Of a stretch of 64,000 bases of DNA, positions 56,901 through 63,664 are shown piece after piece. How positions within the stretch are numbered: position 1 is the first letter of the stretch; every line of letters begins with the position of its first letter. The notes beneath the pieces were generated by a model. The model was not told where the DNA came from. It saw only the letters and a program-made list of their open reading frames with translations, and searched no databases. Position numbers and translations under genes: made by a program. The DNA comes from a virus, in the IMG/VR virus record IMGVR_UViG_3300032285_001268, positions 96,001 through 160,000 of that record; one strand, given 5' to 3'.

Positions 56901-59440
56901 TTGATACAGTATTAGATGGCGGAAATCTAGCGTATTCGACTGCAACTGGAGTACTAGCAGATGATATTATTGTCGACGGCGACGGATTTGTAACCCCAAC
57001 AACTAGTCCAGCTCCGGAGGAAGTGGTTCCTGGACAGGTAGTAGATACTCTAGCAATCAAAGTATTTGATCAACCAAGTACTGGTTCTGCAAATATAAAA
57101 ATTGACAATTATATTGCTGACGGATCTACAAATTCTTATTTGGTAACACAGATCCCAAATAGTCCACAGGCTGTAATTGTTAAAATAAACAATAATATTT
57201 TAACTCAGGAAGTTGACTATACATTTGATTATAGAAATCAAACTATAAATCTTACAACAACTCCGGCAATCGATAGTTCAATAAGTATTTTCACCATAGG
57301 ATATAATGGTTCAAATATTCTTGATATCGATCACTTTGTTGGTGACGGTGTAACTGCTGAATTTATAACTAGAGCTCCGTGGTTATCTTCAATTACTTCT
57401 TTAGTTTACATTGATGGTATTTCTCAAAATGTTGAACTATTTAAAACTGACAGCACCTACACAACACCTAATTTTGTTGGAATTAAATTCACGTCAGAGC
57501 CTGCCCGCGGAGCACTAATATCATTTATTATTGTGGCAGGTAATCAGCAGAGTTTTGCTATTACAAAGAAAGAAAAAATAATACCAAACGGTAGTAGCTA
57601 TACCTATACGCTGTCTTACCCGGTTGGAGATAATTTGCCTAACGAAACTAATATGATAGTTCGTGTAGATCAAAATATTCTTCAAGGTCCGATCAATAGC
57701 TATTTTAATATAAAAAATAACAAGTTATCTTATACGATCGACCCAACTAGATTCGTGCCGTATTCTGTTTCTGTGAATGATATTAAGGTATTGGCTAACG
57801 GTATTGTTCTTACTCGAGGAAAAGATTATAGTGTTGACTTAGCTGGAATTACTGTAAAAATTAATAAAACAACTTATTCAATTTATAAAAATACAGAATT
57901 AATTATTGCTGTACAATCTTCTTCAGGGTATTCATATAATCCGACTACACGTGAAATTACTTTTAAACAGCAGTATAATCATAATCAAGTAATTGAAGTG
58001 ATTTCATCTTACAAACATGATATCTTAGATATTCAGCGTACTGCTATTACCATAACATCTTCATTGCAAATTACTCAGGATACAGTTGAATATTTTAATT
58101 ATAAAGAAGTAACCAGCGGTATAATTCCACTAGACAGGCCGGTGATTAATGACAACTATGTGTGGGTACTTAAGAATAGTACACTTTTAGTTCCTGGTAT
58201 AGATTATAAATTGAACGATGATTTTTCATCTGTTACACTAGCAATCTATCCTGATTTAAACGATCAAATAACTTTAATTACATTTGGATCAAATGTAATT
58301 ACTTCTGGTATTGCGTATATGCAGTTTAAAGATATGTTAAATCGAGTTATCTTTAAACGTTTAAGTGCAAGTAAGAGAACTAGATTACTAGCAGATTTAA
58401 ACTACAACGACATTACAATCACAGTAGAAAATGCTAGCGGATTTGATCTACCAAACCCTGCAAAAAATAAACCTGGTATTATAATGATCAGGGGAGAACG
58501 TATCGAATATTTTTCAATTAACGGAAATGTATTAGGACAAATTCGCCGCGGTACATTAGGAACTGGAATCCCGGTCAAGCATAATCGCGGTGCGATTGTT
58601 CAAGAGATTGGACCTAGTGAAACTATACCATATACTGAAAAATTAATTACTGAACAAATCCGATCAACTGGTTCTAACACTATTTCTACAGGATTTGTTC
58701 CTGGAGGATTTGATACAACTTGGACTTACAAGGGTTCAAGCATGACAATCAGTGATGCAACAAACCTAGCATCTAGCGCGGTTGAAGTATTTGCAGGTGG
58801 ATATAGCGCCAATGTAGAATGGACTCCGTTAACTTTCTTCTCAGCAGGAACTTTAATTTCAGTAGGCGAGTATACATATACTGTTTTAATTGACCATACT
58901 AGCGGATTGACTTTCTCTAGTAATGTTACTACATACAGCCCTGAAGGAACTGTACTGTCAGCTAGTGCGGCACCTTCCACAGTTTATCAATTCTTTATCG
59001 GTAATATACGATTAAAGAAACAATCATATGCTGTACACAATTTAAATGTTGCTCCTTATAGTCCCGAGGGAGACGTGACGCTACCAGCTGACTTTACGGT
59101 TGACGGTACAACACCAGCAGTACAATTAAATACAGTATTACCATATGGAACATTAGTTACTGTGGTGAAACGTGTTGGTGTTTCTTGGGACAGTAATTTA
59201 AACATACAACAAGATAGTGGAGAAATTGGAAGATTTTTACGTGCTACACCGGGTGTTTGGTATGTAGACGAGAAACAACAACCGCTAGTTATAAAGTCTG
59301 TTTATACATTTGATAGTACAGAAATAACATGGGATAATACAAACATTCAATTTACCGTTGGAACAGGTTCACTTGCATCATCGTTTGATAGCAGTGGCTC
59401 GTTTGACGCTAATGATATAACATTTGATCAAGGAATCTAA
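44939..59440 (+). CDS. Giant virion structural protein (4833 aa), probable gp7-like baseplate/wedge extension
   Basis: Coupled to gp6 (TAATG); contains CBM-like W..Y..GD.V repeats, FG-GAP-like propeller repeats, G.GY...P...I.G.G.GA.A repeats, FD-x3-FD motifs. Confidence 0.75.
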   Translation: MADSTNPNANNSIGSSLIPAFYRTDANKKFIQSTIDQLVNPGTVKKVNGFIGRQYSKATTGSDIFVEAADSLRQHYQLEPGLVVKDKLGNVTFFKDYIDYINQLNVFGANTSNHAKLNQQEFYSWDPHIDWDKFSNFQNYYWLPYGPETIKIQGQKQIVSSTYKVDLQIVGADSQYVFTPDGLTPNPLVKLYRGQTYTFVINSPGNPFSLMIERATGTGTRYVIGGIDAQGVEQGTIIFQVPVDAPSILFYQSETDINLGGAIEIFDITDETYIDVESEILGKLSYTFIDGTHLSNGMKVSFAGNVTPASYSSGEYYVEGVGSGIKLINKDVLEVVNSYSVPETILFDSANFDTEPFSDSSGFAKSADYITINRASQDHNPWTRYNRWFHIDVITASFNYNKIPVSIDQNARATRPIIEFEAGLKLYNFGTTATVDVDLIDNFTYDVFSTIEGSTGYNIDGVALTQNQKILFTGDPDTLVNGKIFQVNFLNIEGSIQIHLVEIASPVFGQTVLVKSGSKNLGLMYWYNGTAWIKTQQKNSVNQPPLFDVIDNTGTSFSDTTAYPGTTFVGTPIFSYKVDSTSSVIDTKLGFALTYKNINNIGDIVFNFDYATDEFQYKVNQGLVTKSVSLGFLSSRDYRGNIVFKNGWQISLATNVQAAIRVYKNSNLTNNFNIDIFDNLNDLNDLAVKIYIDGDFINPSNYKIVDGPVYKKVVLNSNITSSQILTIKAFASQPINSNGFYEIPLNLQNNPLNGVVTTFTLGEVSAHVKSIVENLSNFQGSFPGASNLRDLGNITPYATKFIQHSGPASLSIYHVANESNNIIKAIEKSRYDYSRFKKDFVASIEKLGVDADPKTQVDLVLQKLNANKSNKDSYYFSDMVPYGASIDTSHTVADYRIKSYPLTSVFSLDSLSNKSVLVYLNGTQLLNEIDYVFNNQGFVTIQDTVTMRNGDVLKTIEYDNTDGSMVPETPTKLGIWPKFQPKMFLDRTLVNPVEVIQGHDGSIIKAYGDYRDAVLLELEKRIFNNIKIKYDTSIWDIADVIPTFKRQLPYSLENFNQALAPSFYSWASQSGFDIGRPVSFDNNNSFTYNYRGYSSLTDGNVPGYWRGVYRWMYDTDRPNICPWEMLGFSIEPSWWQSLYGPAPYTSDNIVMWTDISTGTVRTPGSTPTVNSKYIKPFLLNHLPVDESGNLVSPIFSGVVRGLISQKVATNFVFGDVGPVESTWRRSSHYPFSVLLASILLTPAKTFGLLFDRSRIARDMSGQLVYTDTGLRISPDSLSLPSVITSDTRVSTAGIVNYLVNYISGTTSEFYNEYKYNLQHLSAQLSYRVGAFTGKEKFNLLLNSKSPSNTGNIFIPQEDYDIILNSSSPIQKLTYSGIVISKLTDGFEVKGYSQTKPYFISYPWSVSGNLVNVGGISESFQTWNTNSQYQKGDVVLYGNSYYRVLQTISSGLVFESQNYSKMASLPIIGGANAYFRKMFNKNVQTTVPYGTKFTTIQDVVDFILGYGEYLKDQGFIFDDFNSGLSAVANWETSAREFMFWSIQNWSTGQDKWADWQPNTSYPFGSILRINGEYYKAIRTVPAVASFPYDDFVHLDGLSTIGSSAISLSPSANKISFTTKNAVVDSITNGFNQYEIYKVDATALSPNFINFYRQDNSVSYGSRTSDGIYGASFYLVQKEHVVILNNTTRFNDIIYSPETGYKQDKIKVSSYVSSDWTGGLNIPGFIFDEAAVENWLPYKIYYPGDLVKQGQYYFQANPMGSFVPASATLDTKQWQQLKTKPSSKLIPNWTYKAGQFTDFYNLNSDNFDVAQQRVAQHLIGYQKRQYLENIIQNDVSEFKFYQGMIREKGTQNVLNKLFDVLSSENKESLKFYEEWALRVGQYGASGSFENIEFVLDEALFKNNPQGFELVNSVDSTKYDFIIRQTPNDVYVKPLGYTSKPFPIATNYTPILRSAGYVRSSDVFKTLTTIDDIVYEDITQYTNGSYVWCTFEKSEWNIYRFTDVNLIVTDVTYDDTIKTLTIVTRDLVTLTAGTYIGISQVTGFPGFYKITSVSLNNIIIKTEVPGFLSPFLQQDTITIYALLTQRASSVDNIDSIVPRKLKENELLWTDDDGSGKWAVWKYNSVFAKKEIPNTSPAYLLSYGRSIAIRKDGYTVATSTNDGIVITYDKSSVAQPWIQRQTIQKPYVEPYNFNYTKDFATVIAFSTDGSWLATGSPNVGQVYTRLSTHNAGLWDSAYDAYTTGTIVYVLDSSHNRVYYEAISTLAVPVSTPVNNILYWREKSYVAIDYQGHTSGITLQGVVSLYQRDANNNYILVDTIVSPYPAQGELFGSSLVFGQSTLFIGAPGYNGGVGRVYEISYLTKLRATSSYNPVGSSGTTIVLTSTAGISSGMIAQGTGLTDNQTVIEVLADGKTLKLSGIPNATPSGNINFVTVGWSYVLSNTKTGRISSRNFGTNVSLSTDESKLAISSTTLTVDNLSLGTVDIYSGSINQVITGNDSSFGQSISLSSDGAYLIITDSRATETKTNQGAVYIYRYDPTTSNYGSYVGTLFVAGTPSQELINHQPEVSGYFGNTVSFMDDDNIAVFSLNESTVLPMTFDSKATTFDKDSTAFVTIHSGSGRIDIYTRYVSNWVYSETLDSDNVAGDGYGTGIAVSGNHVFVGAPSAYDVLSRVSPQAIQVGNRYQIVSLGTTDWNTVAGTTRVRQTYSVGDTFIAVATGSGNGIVSLLTRSGKIYSYDKKPNSQSWNIIHRQIDVPDVTKIKKAFLYNRNTNQLVTYIDVVDPLQGKIPGIAEEEIKYKAFYDPAIYSQGDSLVVTVDSTISWGSEHVGQLWWDLRTAKFINIFEDDVVYRNSNYSTLAHGASIDIYEWVSSSLLPEAWDALADTTPGLAQGISGQSLYGNSSYSISQRYDTISQSFKNTYYFWVKNKTIVPNISGRNISAGEVSSVIANPRGQGYKFVGLTSSNSFSIVNAKNLLAGTDIVLSLEYWLTEKTNQNVHSEWKIISEDPTTELPIAIEQKWFDSLCGKDTNGRQVPDVSLPVKLRYGIENRPRQGMFVNRFEALKQVIEQANLLLINRQIVNSRDITDLESFDPIPSTVTGSYDLTKDTDAELIFANTGAFKRPSLSPQIVNGRIVGVTINQGGQGYLVAPFIEFIGTGEGASARATLSSTGKIIGVTILSQGIGYTDSTTCSIRDYSVLVLSDSQADGSWSIYSYDPDYDVWSRTKSKTYDVTKYWSKVDWFDTGYNQFIAPDYLINTFAELNSIDPSIGQLVKVKYAGNGWEVLYRYAIVDSNDWTTNYQVVAQENGTIQFNSSLYNFSNTGIGYDASTYDGVTFDTVASLELRIILTAFRNKIFIGELKSSYLNLFFTSIRYVLSEQNYVDWIFKSSFVKAQHNVGQLNQPVNYLPDNLSNFQDYVNEVKPYRTVVREYVSSYDAVDNTQTAISDFDLPPAYEQGSNRSVLPYIVNDAIVADDTNINVVPWKNWLDNIGFEVLELQLVSGGSGYITQPAVKIISSSGTGASGIAFVTNGSVSRVILLTSGSGYLSAPTVIIDGGLQDGGTPARAVAYIGNAVVRTNLINIKFDRLNYSYTVADLAKTETLAGDGVHVQFNLIWAPDVRVGNTTVTINDVIILRDFYKLSFKKSTAKGYTTYSGLLTFNLPSGLPPAKGDKIVITYLKDWNMLSAADRIQFYYNPEVGDIGKDIKQLMTGIDYGGVNVNSFNFDVSSGWGTLPYYSDKWDTFSGQFNDYVITVPANTHTFNLQYAPPAGTLLNVYYTAAIVDTHNSDGSQTVFTYSFSKVYSDVTPTITVAISHTTATPTTTTNHSGQYYLKLTSVSGIKVGDVVTSVSSYTDAFAYNVKVKEINVSTNIVLLDQILYLTIPVSTAITFTRTLAIPTDAYVYGDGKFSLTEPAPAGSVITIIGRSGTIRLDDPDYGTQGQVNQDAIFNTPVADGTSAVFVIPPDFTVNDGDTFTWRSSTSDGSLTPQSSDFDTVLDGGNLAYSTATGVLADDIIVDGDGFVTPTTSPAPEEVVPGQVVDTLAIKVFDQPSTGSANIKIDNYIADGSTNSYLVTQIPNSPQAVIVKINNNILTQEVDYTFDYRNQTINLTTTPAIDSSISIFTIGYNGSNILDIDHFVGDGVTAEFITRAPWLSSITSLVYIDGISQNVELFKTDSTYTTPNFVGIKFTSEPARGALISFIIVAGNQQSFAITKKEKIIPNGSSYTYTLSYPVGDNLPNETNMIVRVDQNILQGPINSYFNIKNNKLSYTIDPTRFVPYSVSVNDIKVLANGIVLTRGKDYSVDLAGITVKINKTTYSIYKNTELIIAVQSSSGYSYNPTTREITFKQQYNHNQVIEVISSYKHDILDIQRTAITITSSLQITQDTVEYFNYKEVTSGIIPLDRPVINDNYVWVLKNSTLLVPGIDYKLNDDFSSVTLAIYPDLNDQITLITFGSNVITSGIAYMQFKDMLNRVIFKRLSASKRTRLLADLNYNDITITVENASGFDLPNPAKNKPGIIMIRGERIEYFSINGNVLGQIRRGTLGTGIPVKHNRGAIVQEIGPSETIPYTEKLITEQIRSTGSNTISTGFVPGGFDTTWTYKGSSMTISDATNLASSAVEVFAGGYSANVEWTPLTFFSAGTLISVGEYTYTVLIDHTSGLTFSSNVTTYSPEGTVLSASAAPSTVYQFFIGNIRLKKQSYAVHNLNVAPYSPEGDVTLPADFTVDGTTPAVQLNTVLPYGTLVTVVKRVGVSWDSNLNIQQDSGEIGRFLRATPGVWYVDEKQQPLVIKSVYTFDSTEITWDNTNIQFTVGTGSLASSFDSSGSFDANDITFDQGI

Positions 59441-59441
59441 G

Positions 59442-62003
59442 ATGTCGCAACAATTAATTAATACTGGAATTAGGACGAACGATGGTACCGGTGACCCGTT
59501 ACGAACCGGTGGCCAAAAAATCAACGACAATTTTACAGAATTGTATGCGAATCAAATTCCTTCGCAAACAAGTAATTCTGGTAAAGTATTATCAACAGAT
59601 GGTACTAATTTATTGTGGATTTATACTTCAGGTGCGTATGTATTGCCCAAAGCAACAACATCAACATTGGGCGGCGTTAAAGTTGACGGTGTAACTATCA
59701 ACATTGACAATAACGGAGTTATTAGAGCTTCGGGCGCAAATTCATACAATCTTCCAGTAGCATCAACTACTACGCTCGGTGGTGTTATTGTTGACGGAAC
59801 AACTATAAGGATTGTCAACGGAACGATCAGTATTGTACCTATTGCAAACATTACAGGAAATGCGGCCACTGTAACCAACGGAGTCTACACTACTGGATCT
59901 TATATCAATCCGGGATGGATTACTAGTTTAGCATCATCTAAAATATCCGGTTTGTCGACAGTATCGACTAGTGGAAGTTATAATGACTTGTTGGATAAAC
60001 CGGTTATTCCACCATCATATGTTCTCCCTACTTCTAGTACAACAACGTTAGGCGGAGTTAAAGTCGACGGTTCGACCATTACAATTAACAACGGAGTTAT
60101 TAGTTCTAATCAGGCAACTGTGGGTGCTAATGCGCTTACTGGTACTACGTTGGCAGCTAACGTTATTAACAGTAGTTTAACTAGTGTTGGAACGCTGGCA
60201 AACTTAACGGTATTAAATCCAATCAATGGTAGCGTTACTGGAAATGCAGGAACAGTAACCAACGGAGTTTACACAACAGGTGTTTATTCTGATCCAAGTT
60301 GGATTACCAGTTTAGCCTACAGCAAAATAACCGGCGCTCCGGGAACTTATACACTACCCCAAGCTACATCATCAGTCCTTGGTGGTGTAAAAGTTGATGG
60401 CACAAGTATTAGTATTAATGCCATTACTGGACAAATTAGTGCGATTGGATATTCATTACCAACAGCATCTACCAGCACACTGGGAGGTGTTAAAGTTGAC
60501 GGCGCTAGTATTACGATAGCCAACAGCACTATACAGGCAAATGCAGGAAGTTTGTTAGGATCTTCGCTGAGTGGTTCGATAGTCGGAAGTAGTTTAACAA
60601 CTGTTGGAACATTAACTAGCGGTGCTATTGGTGTCGGATTTACACCAATCCCAAATACCGCACTGGCTAGCAGTACGTTCACAATCAACAGTACAATTAT
60701 AGCTTTAGGTGGTTCGGGATCAATCACAGCACCGAATCCAAACGCACTAGCATTTGGAACAGGCTTAACTGGTAGTGCAGGATCTTCTTATCAAGGTGGC
60801 ACATCTAATACATTGTCGATAGATACCGGTGTTGTTGCTACATTAAGTACTGCACAGACCTTGACTAATAAGTCGATGAGCGGAAGTAGTAATACCTTTA
60901 CCAACATTCCAAATGCGGCCTTGGCCAATGCCAGCGTTACCATTAATGGATCTACAGTTTCACTAGGTGGTTCAATAACAATTTCAACAGCTACTTCTTC
61001 AACATTGACAATTGGTACAGGATTAACAGGAACGTCATTTAACGGAGCCACTCCAGTAACTATTGCTGTTGATACCGCAGTAACAGCAACGTTAGCTGGA
61101 ATTCAAACTTTAACAAATAAAACGATCAATGGTTCAAATAATACTATATCGAACATTGCAAACTCTAGTCTCCAGAACAGTTCTGTTACAATTAATGGCA
61201 CTGTAATTAACTTGGGAGCTAGTGGAACAGTTACAGCGGCCGCAAGTTCGTTGACTGGTAATATTTTAAATGCCACAGTAACATCAAGTAGTTTAACCAG
61301 CGTAGGCACACTAACTAGTGGTGCGATTGGATCAGGATTCAGTGCTATTGGTAATTCTTCGTTGGCAAACAGTAGTGTTACAATTAATGGAACAAGTGTA
61401 AGCCTAGGCGGTAGTGTAACAGTATCAGCGGCAGCTGGAACACTAACAGGCGCTACACTAAATGCATCAGTAGTTGGTAGTAGTCTAACTAGTGTTGGCA
61501 CTATTGCATCGGGAACTTGGCAGGGAACACCAATTGCTAATAACTATATTGCCAATAACTCAATTACTATTAACGGAACAGTAGTAGCTCTAGGCGGATC
61601 AACTACAGTTACTGGTAGTGCATTATCTAGTAGACTAACAGTTGCAACTACTACTGCGAGCCTAGCCTATCAAGCCAGCGCCACAGCCACAGTCGCAGCC
61701 GCTAAGGGATATGCGTTATATAGTATTCAAGTCAGTGCCGGAGCGTGGGTAACAGTATATACAAGTTCAACTGCACAGAGTAATGACAGCAGTAGAAGTA
61801 TTACAACTGACCCAACTCCGGGTAGCGGAGTAGTTGCAGAAACAATCACAACAACAGCAACAACTACATCATTTACTCCGGCTATTATTGGATTTAATGC
61901 AGACGGAACTCCGGGCACAAACATGTATTTGAAAATTTATAATAATAGTGGTTCTACAAGTGCTATTACAGTTACAATCACATATCTCAAGTTAGAAATT
62001 TAA
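59442..62003 (+). CDS. Tail-appendage/fibre protein with gp9/gp10-type N-terminal anchor (start reassigned to 59442)
   Basis: MSQQLIN.G...NDGTGDPLR.G..KIN.NF.ELY; five Y.LP....TLGGVKVDG repeats; SSLTSVGTL repeats; AAGGA RBS. Confidence 0.75.
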   Translation: MSQQLINTGIRTNDGTGDPLRTGGQKINDNFTELYANQIPSQTSNSGKVLSTDGTNLLWIYTSGAYVLPKATTSTLGGVKVDGVTINIDNNGVIRASGANSYNLPVASTTTLGGVIVDGTTIRIVNGTISIVPIANITGNAATVTNGVYTTGSYINPGWITSLASSKISGLSTVSTSGSYNDLLDKPVIPPSYVLPTSSTTTLGGVKVDGSTITINNGVISSNQATVGANALTGTTLAANVINSSLTSVGTLANLTVLNPINGSVTGNAGTVTNGVYTTGVYSDPSWITSLAYSKITGAPGTYTLPQATSSVLGGVKVDGTSISINAITGQISAIGYSLPTASTSTLGGVKVDGASITIANSTIQANAGSLLGSSLSGSIVGSSLTTVGTLTSGAIGVGFTPIPNTALASSTFTINSTIIALGGSGSITAPNPNALAFGTGLTGSAGSSYQGGTSNTLSIDTGVVATLSTAQTLTNKSMSGSSNTFTNIPNAALANASVTINGSTVSLGGSITISTATSSTLTIGTGLTGTSFNGATPVTIAVDTAVTATLAGIQTLTNKTINGSNNTISNIANSSLQNSSVTINGTVINLGASGTVTAAASSLTGNILNATVTSSSLTSVGTLTSGAIGSGFSAIGNSSLANSSVTINGTSVSLGGSVTVSAAAGTLTGATLNASVVGSSLTSVGTIASGTWQGTPIANNYIANNSITINGTVVALGGSTTVTGSALSSRLTVATTTASLAYQASATATVAAAKGYALYSIQVSAGAWVTVYTSSTAQSNDSSRSITTDPTPGSGVVAETITTTATTTSFTPAIIGFNADGTPGTNMYLKIYNNSGSTSAITVTITYLKLEI

Positions 62004-62004
62004 T

Positions 62005-63603
62005 ATGACCACAGTTGCTAAAAACATTAACGATGAAATACTAATCAGCATATATCTCAAACGAGATAAGCATGAGAATGGTATGACCTTGCAACAGTAT
62101 GCTGACGGTGTTCTTGCCGGCACTCAGCCGATACTAGGACACGCAGAATTTGTTTATCAATTTGGCGCAACTGATGATGATTTAGATAACGTTGTTGCCT
62201 GGGCTGAACGAAACGGATTAACTGTTTCCGAATCGCACCACGGACAATCAGTTGTTAAAGTTACTGGAACAGTTGGCACGTTTAATAATCTTTTTAATAT
62301 TACTCTTCAAGATGTCACAGACGGTGAAAGAACCTATATGATGCCGGACGGTGACATAACTATTCCTAGTGAAATAGCTGATGTAGTTGAATCAGTTCCC
62401 GGTTTTGATCAAAGTTTTCTTGCAGTAAAACATGCGGTAAAATTCGAACCCCAGTCAGTTGATCCAAATGTTGTAAATCCTTTTCTAAGTGCAGTAACAC
62501 CGATACAAATGGCCACTGCTTACAAGGTCCCAGCGGGCGATGGGAACGGTGGATGCATTGGTATTTTTGAATTAACCTATAGTGGATATGTAACCGGGTA
62601 TAGTACATCAGACGTGACAAGTAGTTTTACTCGTATAGGGTTAACTCCGCCTACTATTGTTCAGGTAAACGTAGACGGAGCTACAGCTAGTACAACAAGC
62701 GATGCTGAAAGCATGCTAGATATTTACTGTTCAGCAGGAATGGCGCCAAAAGCTAAGATTGCTTACTACACAGCACCGAACACTGGTAATCAATCTATCA
62801 TCGATAATATATTGGCTGCTGCCAACGATACCACAAATAATCCTAGTGCCCTTGACATTAGTTGGGGAATAGGTGACGGTATACAATTTGACACAGCCTT
62901 GCAAGCCTGTGTGGCAAAGGGTATAACAGTATTTGTTAGCTCGGGTGATAGCGGAGCAGTTAATTTAAGTATGGCGGCAACTTGCTGTAGTCAGTATATG
63001 GTTTCAGCCGGTGGCACAAGCATAAGTCTCGACGGCAGTAATAATATTACTAGTGAAGTAGCATGGTCCGGCTCTGGAGGCGGCATTAGTAGTTCTGTAG
63101 CGTTGCCCACTTGGCAGTCCACCAGCTCTTATACAACAAAAACATCAGCAGGCGTACTAGGAACTGCAACGTCTCTTCCAAGGAGAGGAGTTCCTGATAT
63201 TAGCGCACCTGCTGATCCAAACTCTGGATTTGCATTTTATGTAAGTGGCTCTCTCCAGCAATGGGGAGGTACTAGTGCGTCAGCACCGTTGCTAGCCGGA
63301 TTATGGGTTAGACTAAACACCTTGTTAGGTACAAGGATACCATTTAATATGACTACTTGGTATACTAATAGAACAACAATGTTTAATGATATTACCAGCG
63401 GCGATAATGTGCTTTCTGCAAACGGATATACTAATGGTTATACTACTACATCTGGTTGGGACGCAGTTACCGGATTAGGATCACCCAAAGCTGATCAAAT
63501 TTACAAATATTTTCATACAGGAACAACGTTTCCTAAATTAAATTATGGCGCAAGACCAGCAACGGGGGTAGCGTATCCTCGAAGAACTACTGGTGCTAGA
63601 TAA
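62005..63603 (+). CDS. Sedolisin/kumamolisin-like serine protease (family S53) with pro-domain (532 aa)
   Basis: Activation-domain-like N-terminus; DAESMLD (Glu235/Asp239), SSGDSG (Asp315), GGTSASAP (Ser424), RGVPDISA, GWDAVTGLGSP. Confidence 0.92.
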   Translation: MTTVAKNINDEILISIYLKRDKHENGMTLQQYADGVLAGTQPILGHAEFVYQFGATDDDLDNVVAWAERNGLTVSESHHGQSVVKVTGTVGTFNNLFNITLQDVTDGERTYMMPDGDITIPSEIADVVESVPGFDQSFLAVKHAVKFEPQSVDPNVVNPFLSAVTPIQMATAYKVPAGDGNGGCIGIFELTYSGYVTGYSTSDVTSSFTRIGLTPPTIVQVNVDGATASTTSDAESMLDIYCSAGMAPKAKIAYYTAPNTGNQSIIDNILAAANDTTNNPSALDISWGIGDGIQFDTALQACVAKGITVFVSSGDSGAVNLSMAATCCSQYMVSAGGTSISLDGSNNITSEVAWSGSGGGISSSVALPTWQSTSSYTTKTSAGVLGTATSLPRRGVPDISAPADPNSGFAFYVSGSLQQWGGTSASAPLLAGLWVRLNTLLGTRIPFNMTTWYTNRTTMFNDITSGDNVLSANGYTNGYTTTSGWDAVTGLGSPKADQIYKYFHTGTTFPKLNYGARPATGVAYPRRTTGAR

Positions 63604-63627
63604 TTAAAATGCCAAAAAATAAAAGGT

Positions 63628-63633
63628 TAAATA
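63628..63633 (+). promoter_or_regulatory. T4-type late promoter core (TAAATA)
   Basis: Upstream of ATG 63665. Confidence 0.6.
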
Positions 63634-63664
63634 CGCAGTTAGATAAAAATTAAGGAATAGGACA

